NCBI GenBank assembly: GCA_963796685.1
Contig: CAWCMR010000026.1
Location: 51,031-115,030 of the forward strand
From: an uncultured delta proteobacterium
Lineage (GTDB): Bacteria; Myxococcota_A; Polyangia; Fen-1088
Direction: 5' to 3'
DNA: 64,000 nt
The notes under the pieces were generated by a model. The model was not told where the DNA came from, made no database searches, and saw nothing but the letters and a program-made list of their open reading frames with translations. Shown here piece after piece: positions 1 through 9,822 of this stretch (within the stretch, counting starts at the first letter, position 1; each line of letters starts with the position of its first letter). The position numbers and the translations under genes are program-made.

Positions 1-4
1 CTTC

Positions 5-682
5 GTGGTGCTGGAAGTGTGGGGGGGGCGAAAATTGGAGATGCAGCTCTATCAGCGCTACCGTGTCACGACCACCTCGACCGACGCTCAGCCCGAGCCC
101 TACGAGAGCGCGACCACCACCATCCTGCAGAACCGCATCGTCTACCGGCCCATCTTCACCTCGCCCATTACGCTTCTCCTCAACTATGCCAAGGATCGGG
201 GCATCAATGACCCGACGCTGATTTCGAACGCCGGTCCGTGGTGGACCAAGGAAAGCTATCAGAGCACCCTGCAGTGGCTGATGCGTTGGAACCAGACGTT
301 CACCACACGCTCGACCGCCACGGGAACGCTGGAGCGCACCTCGGACTCTTTCGCGGCGGGCGCCGATTCGGGCGAGTATCTACCCGCGGATCACTCCAAG
401 TACTCCGTGTACGGCGAATTTCAGATCCGAATCTACCCGTTGCCTGAAGTCTCGGCCCTCTACATCTACCAGACCTCGGGCGTCGCGCGCTGGTTCGGCA
501 GCGGCGTTGGCGCCTTCGAGGCATGGGAGCTCCTGCCGGCCGCCGGCGTGATCTGGCGCCTGGGCGACAAGCTGTATCTCGATGCGCAGTTCAGCTACGA
601 CTATCTCGGCTGCATGTCGGGCATCGCCTGCGCGCCTGTCTCGAGGGTGCTTCCGCACCTGTACTTCACCATGAATCTGTAG
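5..682 (+). CDS. C-terminal part of a hypothetical protein, possibly an outer-membrane beta-barrel (5' end probably outside window)
   Basis: Open frame from the window edge; alternating aromatic/hydrophobic strands, ends LYFTMNL; 18 bp before the ABC operon. Confidence 0.5.
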   Translation: MVLEVWGGRKLEMQLYQRYRVTTTSTDAQPEPYESATTTILQNRIVYRPIFTSPITLLLNYAKDRGINDPTLISNAGPWWTKESYQSTLQWLMRWNQTFTTRSTATGTLERTSDSFAAGADSGEYLPADHSKYSVYGEFQIRIYPLPEVSALYIYQTSGVARWFGSGVGAFEAWELLPAAGVIWRLGDKLYLDAQFSYDYLGCMSGIACAPVSRVLPHLYFTMNL

Positions 683-700
683 CGGCGGGGTGATACCCTC

Positions 701-1696
701 GTGAACGTCATGCGTAGTCGGTGCCTGCTCTCGTTCCTGCTTGCTTCGGCGACGCTTTCCGCCTGCAAGTCGCGCACGACCGAGGTCGTCGTCTTCTACG
801 CCAGCAGCCTCTCGGCGGTCTTGGGCGACGCGGCCGAGGCGTTCCACAGGGCCAATCCGGACCTACGCGTCCGCCTCGAGCCCTCGGGCTCGCAGGTGGC
901 CGTACGCAAGGTGGTCGAGCTCGGCATGCGCGCCGACATCGTGACCGTCGCCGATGCGGCCCTCATCGACAAGATGATGATCCCTGCGCACGCCACCTGG
1001 AACGCCGTGTTCGCGACCAACGAGATCGTCATCGCCCACAAGGATCACAGCAAGTGGACGGAGCAGATCACGGCGCAAAACTGGCCCGAGATCCTCACGC
1101 GCCAGGGCGTTCGGCTCGGGCGGGCCGATCCCGACACCGCACCGGTCGGTTACCAGACCCTGATGGTCTGGCAGCTCGCCGAGACATCAGGCCTCTACGG
1201 TCCCGCGGGTGCGCAGCTATCCGAGCGCATGAAGGCCCAATGTTCGAAGGATCACGTGGTCCACGACGAGGCCGAGCTTCTGGCTCTGCTCGAATCGCGG
1301 GCCATCGACTACGCCTTCCTCTTTCGGTCGACCGCCGAGGACCACCACCTCAAGATTCTGGCGTTGCCGCCGGAGATCAACCTGTCCCGACAGGACCAGG
1401 CCGCGTCCTATGCCCGCGTCAAGGTCGGGATCCGCATGAAACAAGGGCAGGGCAAGGCAAGCATCGTCGGCGCTCCGGTGACCTATGGCCTCGCCATTCC
1501 GAACCGTGCCCCCCATGCCGCCGCCGCCAGCCGCTTCGTCGCCTTCTTGCTTGGCCAGTCCGGCCGCCGTTTGTTCGAGCGCAGAGGCTTCCACCCCGTC
1601 TCGCCCGCCCGGTGCGTTGCGTGCGCCGGCCTTCCCGCGGAGCTCCAGGCGCTCGTGCTGTCCGCCGCGCCCGCCGCCGAGGCGGCAACGCCGTGA
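701..1696 (+). CDS. wtpA: Tungstate/molybdate ABC transporter substrate-binding lipoprotein (WtpA/ModA-like)
   Basis: Lipobox LSAC; motifs FYASSLS, EPSGSQ, ADIVTVAD, DPDTAPVGYQT, IDYAFLFRS; start may be ATG 710. Confidence 0.8.
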   Translation: MNVMRSRCLLSFLLASATLSACKSRTTEVVVFYASSLSAVLGDAAEAFHRANPDLRVRLEPSGSQVAVRKVVELGMRADIVTVADAALIDKMMIPAHATWNAVFATNEIVIAHKDHSKWTEQITAQNWPEILTRQGVRLGRADPDTAPVGYQTLMVWQLAETSGLYGPAGAQLSERMKAQCSKDHVVHDEAELLALLESRAIDYAFLFRSTAEDHHLKILALPPEINLSRQDQAASYARVKVGIRMKQGQGKASIVGAPVTYGLAIPNRAPHAAAASRFVAFLLGQSGRRLFERRGFHPVSPARCVACAGLPAELQALVLSAAPAAEAATP

Positions 1697-2913
1697 AACG
1701 CGCCTGGGTCCAAGCGGCGGTCGCGACGGTCGTTTTGGCCGCGATTCACGTTGGTATCGGCATGGCGCCCATGTCGCCGTTTTCGCTGGGCGTGAACCTG
1801 GCGCTGTTCTTCACCAACCTCTTCGTGTTCTACACCGCGGCCATGGTGCTGCGCCGGCGCTCGGCGCGCTCGGTGTTGCTCTTCGTCGCCGGATACTCCG
1901 CGCTGTTCGTGCTGATCCTTGCCGTACTGAACAAGCCGCCGCTCTTCATCCTGCTGGTCATCGCCTACGCGGGGTTCTTCGGGGCGCCGGTGCTGCTCGG
2001 GTTCTTCGCCATCTTCGTTCTCTGCTTCGTGATCCTGCAGCCCTTCGCCTTCGAAACCTTCATTCCGCTCTCGCTCATCTACTCGGTCTACTGGATGACG
2101 CGCGGGAAAGCCTCGCGCTTCGCGCGCTTGTGTCTGTGTGGGGGCCTCTTGGCCCTGACCTTGGTGCTCTTTCCTCTCATCTACTTGAGCATGCAGGATT
2201 CCTTGCAGACGCTCTGGCGCACCTTCATGCGAGGAGACGTGGCCAGCGCCATCTGGCTGAGCCTGCTCACCTCGACCATCGCCACGGTGGTGTTGGCAGT
2301 CTGGTCCGTGCCGCTCGCCTATGCACTGGCGCGCATCGATTTTCCGGGCAAGCGCTGGGTCGAGTCCATCGTCGACGTCCCCATCTTGGTTCCGCAGTCG
2401 GTGGCCGGGGTGGCGCTGATCGTGCTGCTCGGTCCGGGCAGCGTTCTCGGCGGTGCGTTCGAGAGCCTCGGGTTGCCCATTTCGGGCTCGCTGCTCGGCA
2501 TCGTCATCGCGCAGGTTTTCGTGGCCGCGCCCTTTCTCGTGAAGACGGCGATGACGGCCTTCGAGGCGGTGCCGCTACAGTACGAGCTGGCATCGCGCAG
2601 CCTGGGCGCGTCGCCGGCCGCCACCTTCGCGCGCATCTCGCTGCCACTGGCCTCGCGCGGAATCATGGTCGGCGCCACGCTGGCCTGGGCGCGCGCCATC
2701 AGCGAATTTGGCTGCATCGTGCTCTTCGCCAGCTCGCCGGTCACCGCGCCGGTCCTGGTCCACACGGAATTCTTGCGCGCCGGCGCCTCGGAAAGCCGGC
2801 CCATCGCCATTCTGCTGCTCATCATCTGCTTGTGGGTATTCGCGATGTTGCAGTTCGGGCAGTCCCTGATGCCGTTCGCCCTGCGCGGCCCGCGCGGAGG
2901 CCGTCACCCATGA
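1693..2913 (+). CDS. wtpB: Tungstate/molybdate ABC permease (WtpB/ModB-like) with extra N-terminal membrane segment
   Basis: GTG overlaps the upstream TGA; PLAYALAR..FPGK, VDVPILVPQSVAG, EAA-like YELASRSLGAS, WARAISEFG. Confidence 0.85.
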   Translation: MKRAWVQAAVATVVLAAIHVGIGMAPMSPFSLGVNLALFFTNLFVFYTAAMVLRRRSARSVLLFVAGYSALFVLILAVLNKPPLFILLVIAYAGFFGAPVLLGFFAIFVLCFVILQPFAFETFIPLSLIYSVYWMTRGKASRFARLCLCGGLLALTLVLFPLIYLSMQDSLQTLWRTFMRGDVASAIWLSLLTSTIATVVLAVWSVPLAYALARIDFPGKRWVESIVDVPILVPQSVAGVALIVLLGPGSVLGGAFESLGLPISGSLLGIVIAQVFVAAPFLVKTAMTAFEAVPLQYELASRSLGASPAATFARISLPLASRGIMVGATLAWARAISEFGCIVLFASSPVTAPVLVHTEFLRAGASESRPIAILLLIICLWVFAMLQFGQSLMPFALRGPRGGRHP

Positions 2914-3695
2914 TCGAGCTGACGAACCTCCGCTGCACCTTCGGCGACTTCGCGCTGCGGGACATTTCCCTGCACCTCGACAAGGGCGACTACTGGGTCA
3001 TCCTGGGTCCGAGCGGCTGCGGCAAGTCGGTCCTCTTGCAGACCATCGCGGGCTTCTTCGCGCCCGCGCACGGGCGGATCCACGTGGACGGCCGCGACGT
3101 GACCGGGGTGGCGCCCGAGCATCGCAAGATGGGGCTCGTGTTTCAGCAGGCCGCGCTGTTCCCCCACAAGTCGGTTCGCGAGAACATCGCGTACGGCTTG
3201 CGTGCGCGCAAGGTCGCGCGCGAGGAGGTGGACCGCACCGTCGACGACTTGATCGTGCGTCTCGGGTTGCGTGCCATCCTCGGTCGTCCGGTGGCCACGC
3301 TCAGCGGGGGCGAGGCGCAGCGCGTGGCCGTGGCGCGCGCCCTGGCCATCAAGCCCGATCTGCTTCTTCTCGACGAGCCCATGAGCGCGCTCGACCACAA
3401 CACGCGCCTCGAATTGCAGACGGAGCTGGCCAGGGTTCACAAGGAGCTGGGACTGACCACCCTGCACGTCACGCACAGTCGCGAGGAGGCTGCGGCCTTG
3501 GGCGACCACGTCGCCATCATGCTGGGCGGCCGCATCGTGCAACGCGGAAGCGCGGCAGAAGTGCAAGGTCGACCGCGTTGTCCGTTCGTGGCGCGCTTCC
3601 TCGGACTGGAGCCGTCCTCTATTGTCGCATTGCCGGCCTGCGCCCACCGCTGCGTCGAAAAGCCGGGCGAATGCGTCGCAGAAGAGGCAAGCTAA
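2910..3695 (+). CDS. wtpC: ABC transporter ATP-binding subunit (WtpC/ModC-like)
   Basis: ATGA overlap; Walker A GPSGCGKS, signature LSGGEAQR, Walker B LLLLDEP, HVTH. Confidence 0.9.
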   Translation: MIELTNLRCTFGDFALRDISLHLDKGDYWVILGPSGCGKSVLLQTIAGFFAPAHGRIHVDGRDVTGVAPEHRKMGLVFQQAALFPHKSVRENIAYGLRARKVAREEVDRTVDDLIVRLGLRAILGRPVATLSGGEAQRVAVARALAIKPDLLLLDEPMSALDHNTRLELQTELARVHKELGLTTLHVTHSREEAAALGDHVAIMLGGRIVQRGSAAEVQGRPRCPFVARFLGLEPSSIVALPACAHRCVEKPGECVAEEAS

Positions 3696-3701
3696 GGGGC
3701 C

Positions 3702-4763
3702 ATGCAGCCGGAGCGCACACCTCTCGCCAAGGTCTTCAACACGCCGTTCCTGTCGCTCGACGGCACCAGCGTGGAGATGGCGACGCTGCTCTTCCTGTTC
3801 CTGGCGGTCCTCGTTATCAGCAATGCCCATCGTCATCGGCAGTTGATTCGGCGATTCGTGCAGGCGCTGTCGTTCGTGGTCTTCTTCTACGTCGTGTATT
3901 CGTGTCTGGGCGTGTTCGGCATGATCCGCAACGGACTCTACGGCCTGACGCTGGTGGGGTCGGCCTACAGCGAGTCCTTCTACTGGCTCGCCCTGCCCAT
4001 CGTGATCATCGCCGTGACCTTGCTGCACGGCCCGGTCTTTTGCGGTTGGATCTGCCCCACGGGGAGTTTGCAGGATCTCTCCGGCTGGGTTCGCAAGCGG
4101 TTGCCGCGACGGCCGGGCGGCCTCAGCCGCGCGCAACTCTTCGCCATCGCCGGCGCGAGCCTGGGGTTCATCGCGCTCATGGTTTGGCTGGGGGTCAGGA
4201 AGAAACTGTTCATCGAGGACTCGAGCTTGCACTGGGCCGCCATGCTGCTCCTCTTGTGCTGTCTGGTCCTGGCCGGCGTGATCGACGACATCCCGACGCG
4301 CAAGCTCCGCATCCTCAGCTTGGCCGCGATCTTCCTGACCGCGGTCTCGCACATGGTAGTGACCTCGCCCGTGCACTTCGCGTTCACGGCGCGTGACGAT
4401 CCGGCCTCCGCGCTCACCACGCTGGTCATCCTCGTGGCTGGAACCTTCGTGCTGCGTTCCTGGTGCCGCTACCTTTGTCCCTGGGGCCAATTCATGGGCT
4501 TTTTGCACAGGTTTTCCCGCCTGCGCATCCTGCTCGACGCCGGCAAGTGCAACCACTGCGGCGTGTGCGACACCAGCTGCGACGTGGCTGCCATCGAGAA
4601 GGGCGTGATTCGCATCTCGAGCTGCCAGTTCTGCTACGCCTGCGTGGACCACTGCTCGAATTCGGCGCTGAAGGTCGAAGATGTGTGGTCGATTCGTACC
4701 AAGCAGGAAAGCGATCAGGCCCAAGCGAAGGCGTCCGCACCCGGCGAGAGCGCGCCGGCATGA
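3702..4763 (+). CDS. Membrane polyferredoxin (NapH/MauN/RdxA-like 4Fe-4S binding protein)
   Basis: Multiple TM helices; FCGWICPTG, WCRYLCPWG, CNHCGVCDTSC, CQFCYACVDHC. Confidence 0.85.
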   Translation: MQPERTPLAKVFNTPFLSLDGTSVEMATLLFLFLAVLVISNAHRHRQLIRRFVQALSFVVFFYVVYSCLGVFGMIRNGLYGLTLVGSAYSESFYWLALPIVIIAVTLLHGPVFCGWICPTGSLQDLSGWVRKRLPRRPGGLSRAQLFAIAGASLGFIALMVWLGVRKKLFIEDSSLHWAAMLLLLCCLVLAGVIDDIPTRKLRILSLAAIFLTAVSHMVVTSPVHFAFTARDDPASALTTLVILVAGTFVLRSWCRYLCPWGQFMGFLHRFSRLRILLDAGKCNHCGVCDTSCDVAAIEKGVIRISSCQFCYACVDHCSNSALKVEDVWSIRTKQESDQAQAKASAPGESAPA

Positions 4764-6229
4764 ATTCGCGCACCCTCGTCGCCGCCCTGGTTTGCTCGTT
4801 GCCATGTCCCGCCGCCGCCGCGGAATGCCAGGTTTGGTCGCAAAGTCGGTGCGACGCGCAGAACCAGGCCTCGATCGAGCTCGGTGCTGCCGATGCCGCC
4901 CCGCCGCACGCCTGGAGCTTCGACGGCAGCGGTCGCGTCTGGGGCTACGAGCCCGGTCTGACGGTCTGGTCCTCGCCCGCGCTGGGCGTGGCTGGTGACC
5001 AACCCATCGTCGTGGCGGGCAACTACGACCACACGATCTATTGTCTGAACGCCGCCACCGGCGAGACCCTGTGGCAGCTCACCACGGGGGGGCCAGTCTA
5101 TGCGGCCCCGGTCTTTTTTCAGGATGGTGCACGCCAGATCGTGTTCGCCGCCTCCAACGACCGCATCGTGTATGCCATCGATCCCGCGCTGGGCCGCCAG
5201 ATCTGGGTGCATGCGGTCGAGGACTTCCGTCCCACCCTGGGCGGTGCGCGCCTCGCCGCTCCTTGCGTGGGCGGTACCGGCGACCAGGGCGAGAAAGACG
5301 ACGCGGTCTTCGTTCCCTACTGGATCTGGGATCGCTCGCTTGCCCACAGCGAGCAGCGAAGCGGCGTGGTCGCGCTCGCTGTCGAGGATGGACATCTCCT
5401 CTGGCGCGCGGATCTGGGGGACAACGAGTTGACCGCCGCCATCTTCGTGCGCTTGCAAGGCCGGGGAACGCTCTTCCTCGGCTCGTCGAGCGGCAACATC
5501 TACGCCATCGCGGCCAAGAGCGGCCAGGTGCTGTGGAAGAAGGCCGAGCTCGACTGCGTGCGAAGCCCACCGGCTTTTGTTTCGACCAGCCAGGGACCCA
5601 TGCTGGTAACGGGATCCAAGTTCGGGACCGTGCGCGGACTCGATGCGCTCACGGGGGCCGAGCGCTGGCAGTTCCGCACTGGCGACAGGATCACGGGGGC
5701 GCCGGCGACTCTCGCGGGAACGCCGCCGCGGGCTTTCGTGGGCTCGTACGATCGGAATCTCTACGCCATCGGGGCAGACGACGGCTCGGCGCTTTGGCAC
5801 GACACGGCCCGCGGCGGGGTCTTTTCCTCGCCCGCCATCATCGCAGGCGGCGGTGAACCGATGGTGTTGTCCATGGCCTGGGACCACATGCTGCACGCAA
5901 ACGCTCTCGACCGCGGGCGGCCGATCTTTTCCGCGTTCACCGGCCGGCCGCTGTGGAACGTGGGCGGCATGGACGACAGCAATTGGTCTTCGCCGGCCGC
6001 CGGGCGCATCCACGGTCATTGGATGGCGTTCGTGGGCAGTTACGACGGAACCTTGCGCGCGCTTCCACTCGGCGCGCACGAACGCTCGGCGCCAGAGCTT
6101 CGATCCAATCTGTGGTTCTGGCTTTCCTTCCCGATCTTTCTCGTGCCCATCGCCGCCGTTGCGATTCTTCTCACCCGGCGCGAGCGGCGACGCAGGCTCG
6201 GGCTCGGGGCCTCTATTCCAGCTCGTTGA
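4760..6229 (+). CDS. Secreted PQQ-like (BamB-type) beta-propeller protein with C-terminal TM anchor
   Basis: ATGA overlap at 4760; signal peptide; repeated GS.D..lYa.DA.TG...W motifs; C-terminal hydrophobic helix plus RRERRRR. Confidence 0.8.
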   Translation: MNSRTLVAALVCSLPCPAAAAECQVWSQSRCDAQNQASIELGAADAAPPHAWSFDGSGRVWGYEPGLTVWSSPALGVAGDQPIVVAGNYDHTIYCLNAATGETLWQLTTGGPVYAAPVFFQDGARQIVFAASNDRIVYAIDPALGRQIWVHAVEDFRPTLGGARLAAPCVGGTGDQGEKDDAVFVPYWIWDRSLAHSEQRSGVVALAVEDGHLLWRADLGDNELTAAIFVRLQGRGTLFLGSSSGNIYAIAAKSGQVLWKKAELDCVRSPPAFVSTSQGPMLVTGSKFGTVRGLDALTGAERWQFRTGDRITGAPATLAGTPPRAFVGSYDRNLYAIGADDGSALWHDTARGGVFSSPAIIAGGGEPMVLSMAWDHMLHANALDRGRPIFSAFTGRPLWNVGGMDDSNWSSPAAGRIHGHWMAFVGSYDGTLRALPLGAHERSAPELRSNLWFWLSFPIFLVPIAAVAILLTRRERRRRLGLGASIPAR

Positions 6230-6764
6230 CGACCAGGGGGATCTGGCTACCGGTGACATCGCCGATGCTGTTGATCACGCCGGCTCGAGTAAATTCTGCC
6301 AAGGTCCCGTTGCAATTCATGTCGCCCTTCGAAAACGCGGTGAACTTCGCGGCGACCCCGGTTCCCGAGGCGCTGTACCCGGGCATGTAGTGGTGTGGAT
6401 CCGGCATGGCGAAATCGAGCGCCTTCCAGACGGGATCCGAGGCCCAGATCGGGTTGTTGCCGGGGCAGGCGGCGCCAGTCAAGCAGCCGCATTCCCTCGC
6501 ACTGGCCCAGGCCGCCGATGGGCCGGGGAACTCCTTGGTCAGGACCTTTCCGAACGCCACGGTGTGATCGGACTCGTAGTACGCCAGCGAGCCAACCCAC
6601 TCTTTGTTCAGTTGCCCCACGGCCTCGGATGTTCTGGCTTTGCGGACGTACCGGCTGAAGGCGGGAATGGCGATGGCAGCCAGGAGCCCGATGATTGCCA
6701 CGACAATCATCAGCTCGACCAGGGTGAATCCAGAGATCCCGTGTCGGATTCCACGTGGTGCCAT
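6213..6764 (-). CDS. Type IV pilin (PilA-like)
   Basis: Prepilin site G|[22 protein letters not shown]; AGGAG RBS 5 nt before ATG 6764. Confidence 0.9.
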   Translation of the reverse strand: MAPRGIRHGISGFTLVELMIVVAIIGLLAAIAIPAFSRYVRKARTSEAVGQLNKEWVGSLAYYESDHTVAFGKVLTKEFPGPSAAWASARECGCLTGAACPGNNPIWASDPVWKALDFAMPDPHHYMPGYSASGTGVAAKFTAFSKGDMNCNGTLAEFTRAGVINSIGDVTGSQIPLVVNELE

Positions 6765-6804
6765 GCCTGCTCCTAAATGCCAAAGACCTTCTTGTTGCGG
6801 ATTA

Positions 6805-6820
6805 TGCAGCAACAGTGCCA
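6805..6820 (-). promoter_or_regulatory. Sigma54 (-24/-12) promoter of the pilin gene
   Basis: Minus strand TGGCACTGTTGCTGCA: GG-N10-GC spacing, about 40 nt upstream of the pilin ATG. Confidence 0.7.
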
Positions 6821-7070
6821 AAAGCATCTTCGCCGGAAAGAATGGAAAAATCCATGGTCTTTCCAGTGAATTGTGAGACGCGTCACTTGCCCCACTATCC
6901 CGTTGAGTTTACGGACTGCCACTTTTTGCCCCTTTGAAGGCGGAGATTGGACGTTTAGCGTCTGCTGCGAGAGGCGGCCTTATTCCCCGGCAACCGGATG
7001 TCGCGCCTTGGGGCGCCACTTCCCTGATCGCCGGTGAAATCCGAGCGCGGTTCGACTAGGCTTCGGCCTC

Positions 7071-8174
7071 ATGCGCCCCCCCACCGCACGCGTGTCACCT
7101 GCCGCCACGGGCCAGCTCGAGCTTCGAGAAGGCTCCAGCCGACTCGTGGCCCTGTTGCGCGAGAGACAGAAGTTGCTGGCCAACGTGACACGAAAGAAGG
7201 GCAAGCTCGAAAAGCTGCTCGCGACGGTGGACGCCCAGCATGTGCAGATGGTGCAGCTGTCGAGCGCGGTCCGGCCTCTGCTGGCGCAGGGACAGGCGCT
7301 CGATCGCGAGGTCCACGGGCTCTTCGCCGCCATCCTGGCCAGGCCGAGCCTGAAACGAAGAGATCGGCGCCTGATCCAGGATCTCTACCAGACGCTGCAG
7401 CTAAAGGGGGTTCTGACCCCCACGCCGGCTCCCGACGATGACCTGTTCGAATTCGACCATGGGTCTGGCCAGGGAGCATCGGACTTTCCCGCTGACGAGG
7501 TCCCGCCGTCGCCCGACCCGGCTGCTGAAAGTCCGTCCGCGAGGCGCGCGTCCGGCTCCACCGCGACGGCCATGCGGGATCTCTTTCGCCGCCTCGCGAC
7601 CGCCATCCACCCCGACAAGGCCCAGGACGCGGATTCGCAGGAAAAGTGGACCGAGGTCATGAAGGAGGTGACCCGCGCCTACCAAGACGGCGATCTGGCC
7701 CGCCTGCTCGAGCTGGAGAAGGTGTGGCTCGCGGGGGAGTCCCCCGACGCCGGCAACGATGAGGACGAGACGGAACGGCGCTGCTCCAGCCTCGAGCAAA
7801 CCAACCGCGAGCTGAAGCGTCAGCTCAAGGACCTGGACGCAAGAATGCGCGAGCTCAAGCGTTCGGCTCCCGCCGAGCTGGCAACCGCCCTTGGTCTTGG
7901 AGGCAGGCACGGGAATGCTCAGGTCAGCGAGGTGGTGTCCACGCTCGAAGACGAGGTCGAGGCTTTGCGGGAGACCCGTGATTTCGTGCAGTCCTTCGCT
8001 GACGGCAAGATCACCTGCGCCCAGTTCGTCGCTGGACCTTCGGGCGGGCAGGTCACGGATCCTGACGAGGAGCTCGAAATGGGCGATCTCGAAGATTTTC
8101 TCATCGACGCCTTCATGTCATCGGGCTTCGGCGCTCAGGGCCCCCGCGCTTCTCGCCGCCGCCGAGGGAGGTGA
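7071..8174 (+). CDS. Coiled-coil protein with central J-domain (DnaJ-like)
   Basis: MRDLFRRLATAIHPDK..EVMKEVTRAY contains the HPD motif; flanked by coiled coils. Confidence 0.75.
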   Translation: MRPPTARVSPAATGQLELREGSSRLVALLRERQKLLANVTRKKGKLEKLLATVDAQHVQMVQLSSAVRPLLAQGQALDREVHGLFAAILARPSLKRRDRRLIQDLYQTLQLKGVLTPTPAPDDDLFEFDHGSGQGASDFPADEVPPSPDPAAESPSARRASGSTATAMRDLFRRLATAIHPDKAQDADSQEKWTEVMKEVTRAYQDGDLARLLELEKVWLAGESPDAGNDEDETERRCSSLEQTNRELKRQLKDLDARMRELKRSAPAELATALGLGGRHGNAQVSEVVSTLEDEVEALRETRDFVQSFADGKITCAQFVAGPSGGQVTDPDEELEMGDLEDFLIDAFMSSGFGAQGPRASRRRRGR

Positions 8175-8260
8175 AGGTGACCGGGAAACGGCTCCCAGGA
8201 GTCCCTACGCCCGTTTCCGCTTGCGCGATGAGTTGAGACGGAATTCGTTGCGCGGTCGCA

Positions 8261-8463
8261 CTAATCCCGCGACAAGAAGAGCGACAGCGCGGAACGTACC
8301 AGACAGAGACACCTTTCCACGACGGATGCACGCACCTGTCGGAACGATGACGGGTGGTCGTAGACGTAGACGGCTCACCGTGGCCGTGGCCGACGAAGAT
8401 CACTCCGGCCACGGCCAGGGCCACGACTACGACCACGACCCTCTGCGGCTATCGCGGGATTAG
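8261..8463. mobile_element. Putative MITE / palindromic intergenic element
   Basis: Perfect 12-bp inverted repeat CTAATCCCGCGA (8261-8272) / TCGCGGGATTAG (8452-8463); internal imperfect hairpin 8354-8436. Confidence 0.5.
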
Positions 8464-8551
8464 GGCGGTCGGCATAACCAACGCCGGGATCTGGCATCAA
8501 AGCCGATATGACAGTTCGAGTCGTCGCCTGTATTCCAAGAAGGAGGAATCC

Positions 8552-9085
8552 ATGAATCGCCTGCTCAGCTCTCGCATCCCGTTGGCCCTCGCTCTTGCCG
8601 GACTGCTTCCCGCGTGTGCATCGAAGCCCCAGACGAAGCCGACCGCCGGACCCGTGCGGCCGTTCGTCGAGCGCCACCCGAGCGTTCCGCAGGAAGCGCC
8701 CAACGCCACCACGACGACCGTGCACCTTTCCGACGAGATCGTTCGTGCTTGCGGGATTTCCGATCCCGATTCCTACTTCGCGTTCGACTCGGCCCGGCTC
8801 AACGGCGAGGACGTGCGCGTGCTCGACCAGGTCGAAACCTGTTTCGCCTCGGGTCCCCTCAAGGGGCGCAAGATGAAGCTGGTGGGACGCGCGGATCCGC
8901 GCGGTAGCGAAGAGTACAACATGACGCTCGGCCAACACCGCGCCGACTCGGTCGTGAAGTACCTGGCGTCGAAGGGCCTGGCCAGCAACATGATGGAGAG
9001 CACCAGCCGCGGAAAGCTGGACGCCGTCGGCACCGACGAACCTTCCTGGGCGCACGATCGACGCGTCGACATCCTGCTCGACTAG
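8552..9085 (+). CDS. pal: Peptidoglycan-associated lipoprotein (OmpA/Pal family)
   Basis: AAGGAGG RBS; lipobox LPAC; YFAFDSA, GRADPRGSEEYNMTLGQHRA, DRRVDI. Confidence 0.85.
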   Translation: MNRLLSSRIPLALALAGLLPACASKPQTKPTAGPVRPFVERHPSVPQEAPNATTTTVHLSDEIVRACGISDPDSYFAFDSARLNGEDVRVLDQVETCFASGPLKGRKMKLVGRADPRGSEEYNMTLGQHRADSVVKYLASKGLASNMMESTSRGKLDAVGTDEPSWAHDRRVDILLD

Positions 9086-9106
9086 CCCGGCCGAACAGCG
9101 AGGCGA

Positions 9107-9811
9107 ATGCCTTCCACGCCCCCCACCGACCTCACGATCAATCTCGGCCTCTCCACGCTGCTTGCGCACGCGTCCCTGCCGGTCCTGGCAGTCGTCATCG
9201 TGCTGCTGGCGGCCTCGACATCCGTCTGGATCGTCGGCGTCCTCAAGGTGCTGCAAGTGGGACGCTTGCGCGCGAGGGCGCGGGCCTTCGAGCAGCGGGC
9301 GCATGGGGTGCGCTCTGCCGCCGATTTGATTTCCCTGGTGCGTCGGGCACGAGAATCGGCCGGGGTACGCGTGCTCCAGACCATGCTGACGCGGGGTAGC
9401 CCGGCCGCGACCACACGCTTGCGCGCGGTCGCCGACCGCGCCATCGTCGACGAGGGGCAGCGCGCGAAGGTCCTCATGCCGGTGCTGGCCTCGATCGGGG
9501 CGGCCGCGCCCTTCGTGGGGTTGTTCGGTACGGTCTACGGAATCATGGACGCATTCGCGCGCATCGGCGCCGCCCGTAGCGCCTCGTTGCCCGTGGTTGC
9601 TCCGGCGATCGGAGAGGCCCTCATCACCACGGCCATCGGCTTGGCCGCGGCCATTCCCGCCGTGTTGTTCTACAACCTGGTGGACAAGCAGATCTCCGAC
9701 TTCCTGGCCGAAGTCGAGGCGTCGGCCGCCGAATGGATCGTCATTCTTGCCGTCGAAAGCCAGGTGGCACCGCTGGCCGCTCCGCTCGCGGACAGCGACG
9801 AGCCGGGCTAG
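9107..9811 (+). CDS. tolQ: MotA/TolQ/ExbB proton channel protein
   Basis: LASIGAAAPFVGLFGTVYGIM, VAPAIGEALITTAIGL. Confidence 0.9.
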   Translation: MPSTPPTDLTINLGLSTLLAHASLPVLAVVIVLLAASTSVWIVGVLKVLQVGRLRARARAFEQRAHGVRSAADLISLVRRARESAGVRVLQTMLTRGSPAATTRLRAVADRAIVDEGQRAKVLMPVLASIGAAAPFVGLFGTVYGIMDAFARIGAARSASLPVVAPAIGEALITTAIGLAAAIPAVLFYNLVDKQISDFLAEVEASAAEWIVILAVESQVAPLAAPLADSDEPG

Positions 9812-9822
9812 GAGGGGCACCC

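Noticed and set aside
721-2909. Long N-terminal extensions of the 730-aa and 736-aa ORFs
   Set aside because: Shadow frames in high-GC DNA; real starts are the overlapping GTG 1693 and ATG 2910
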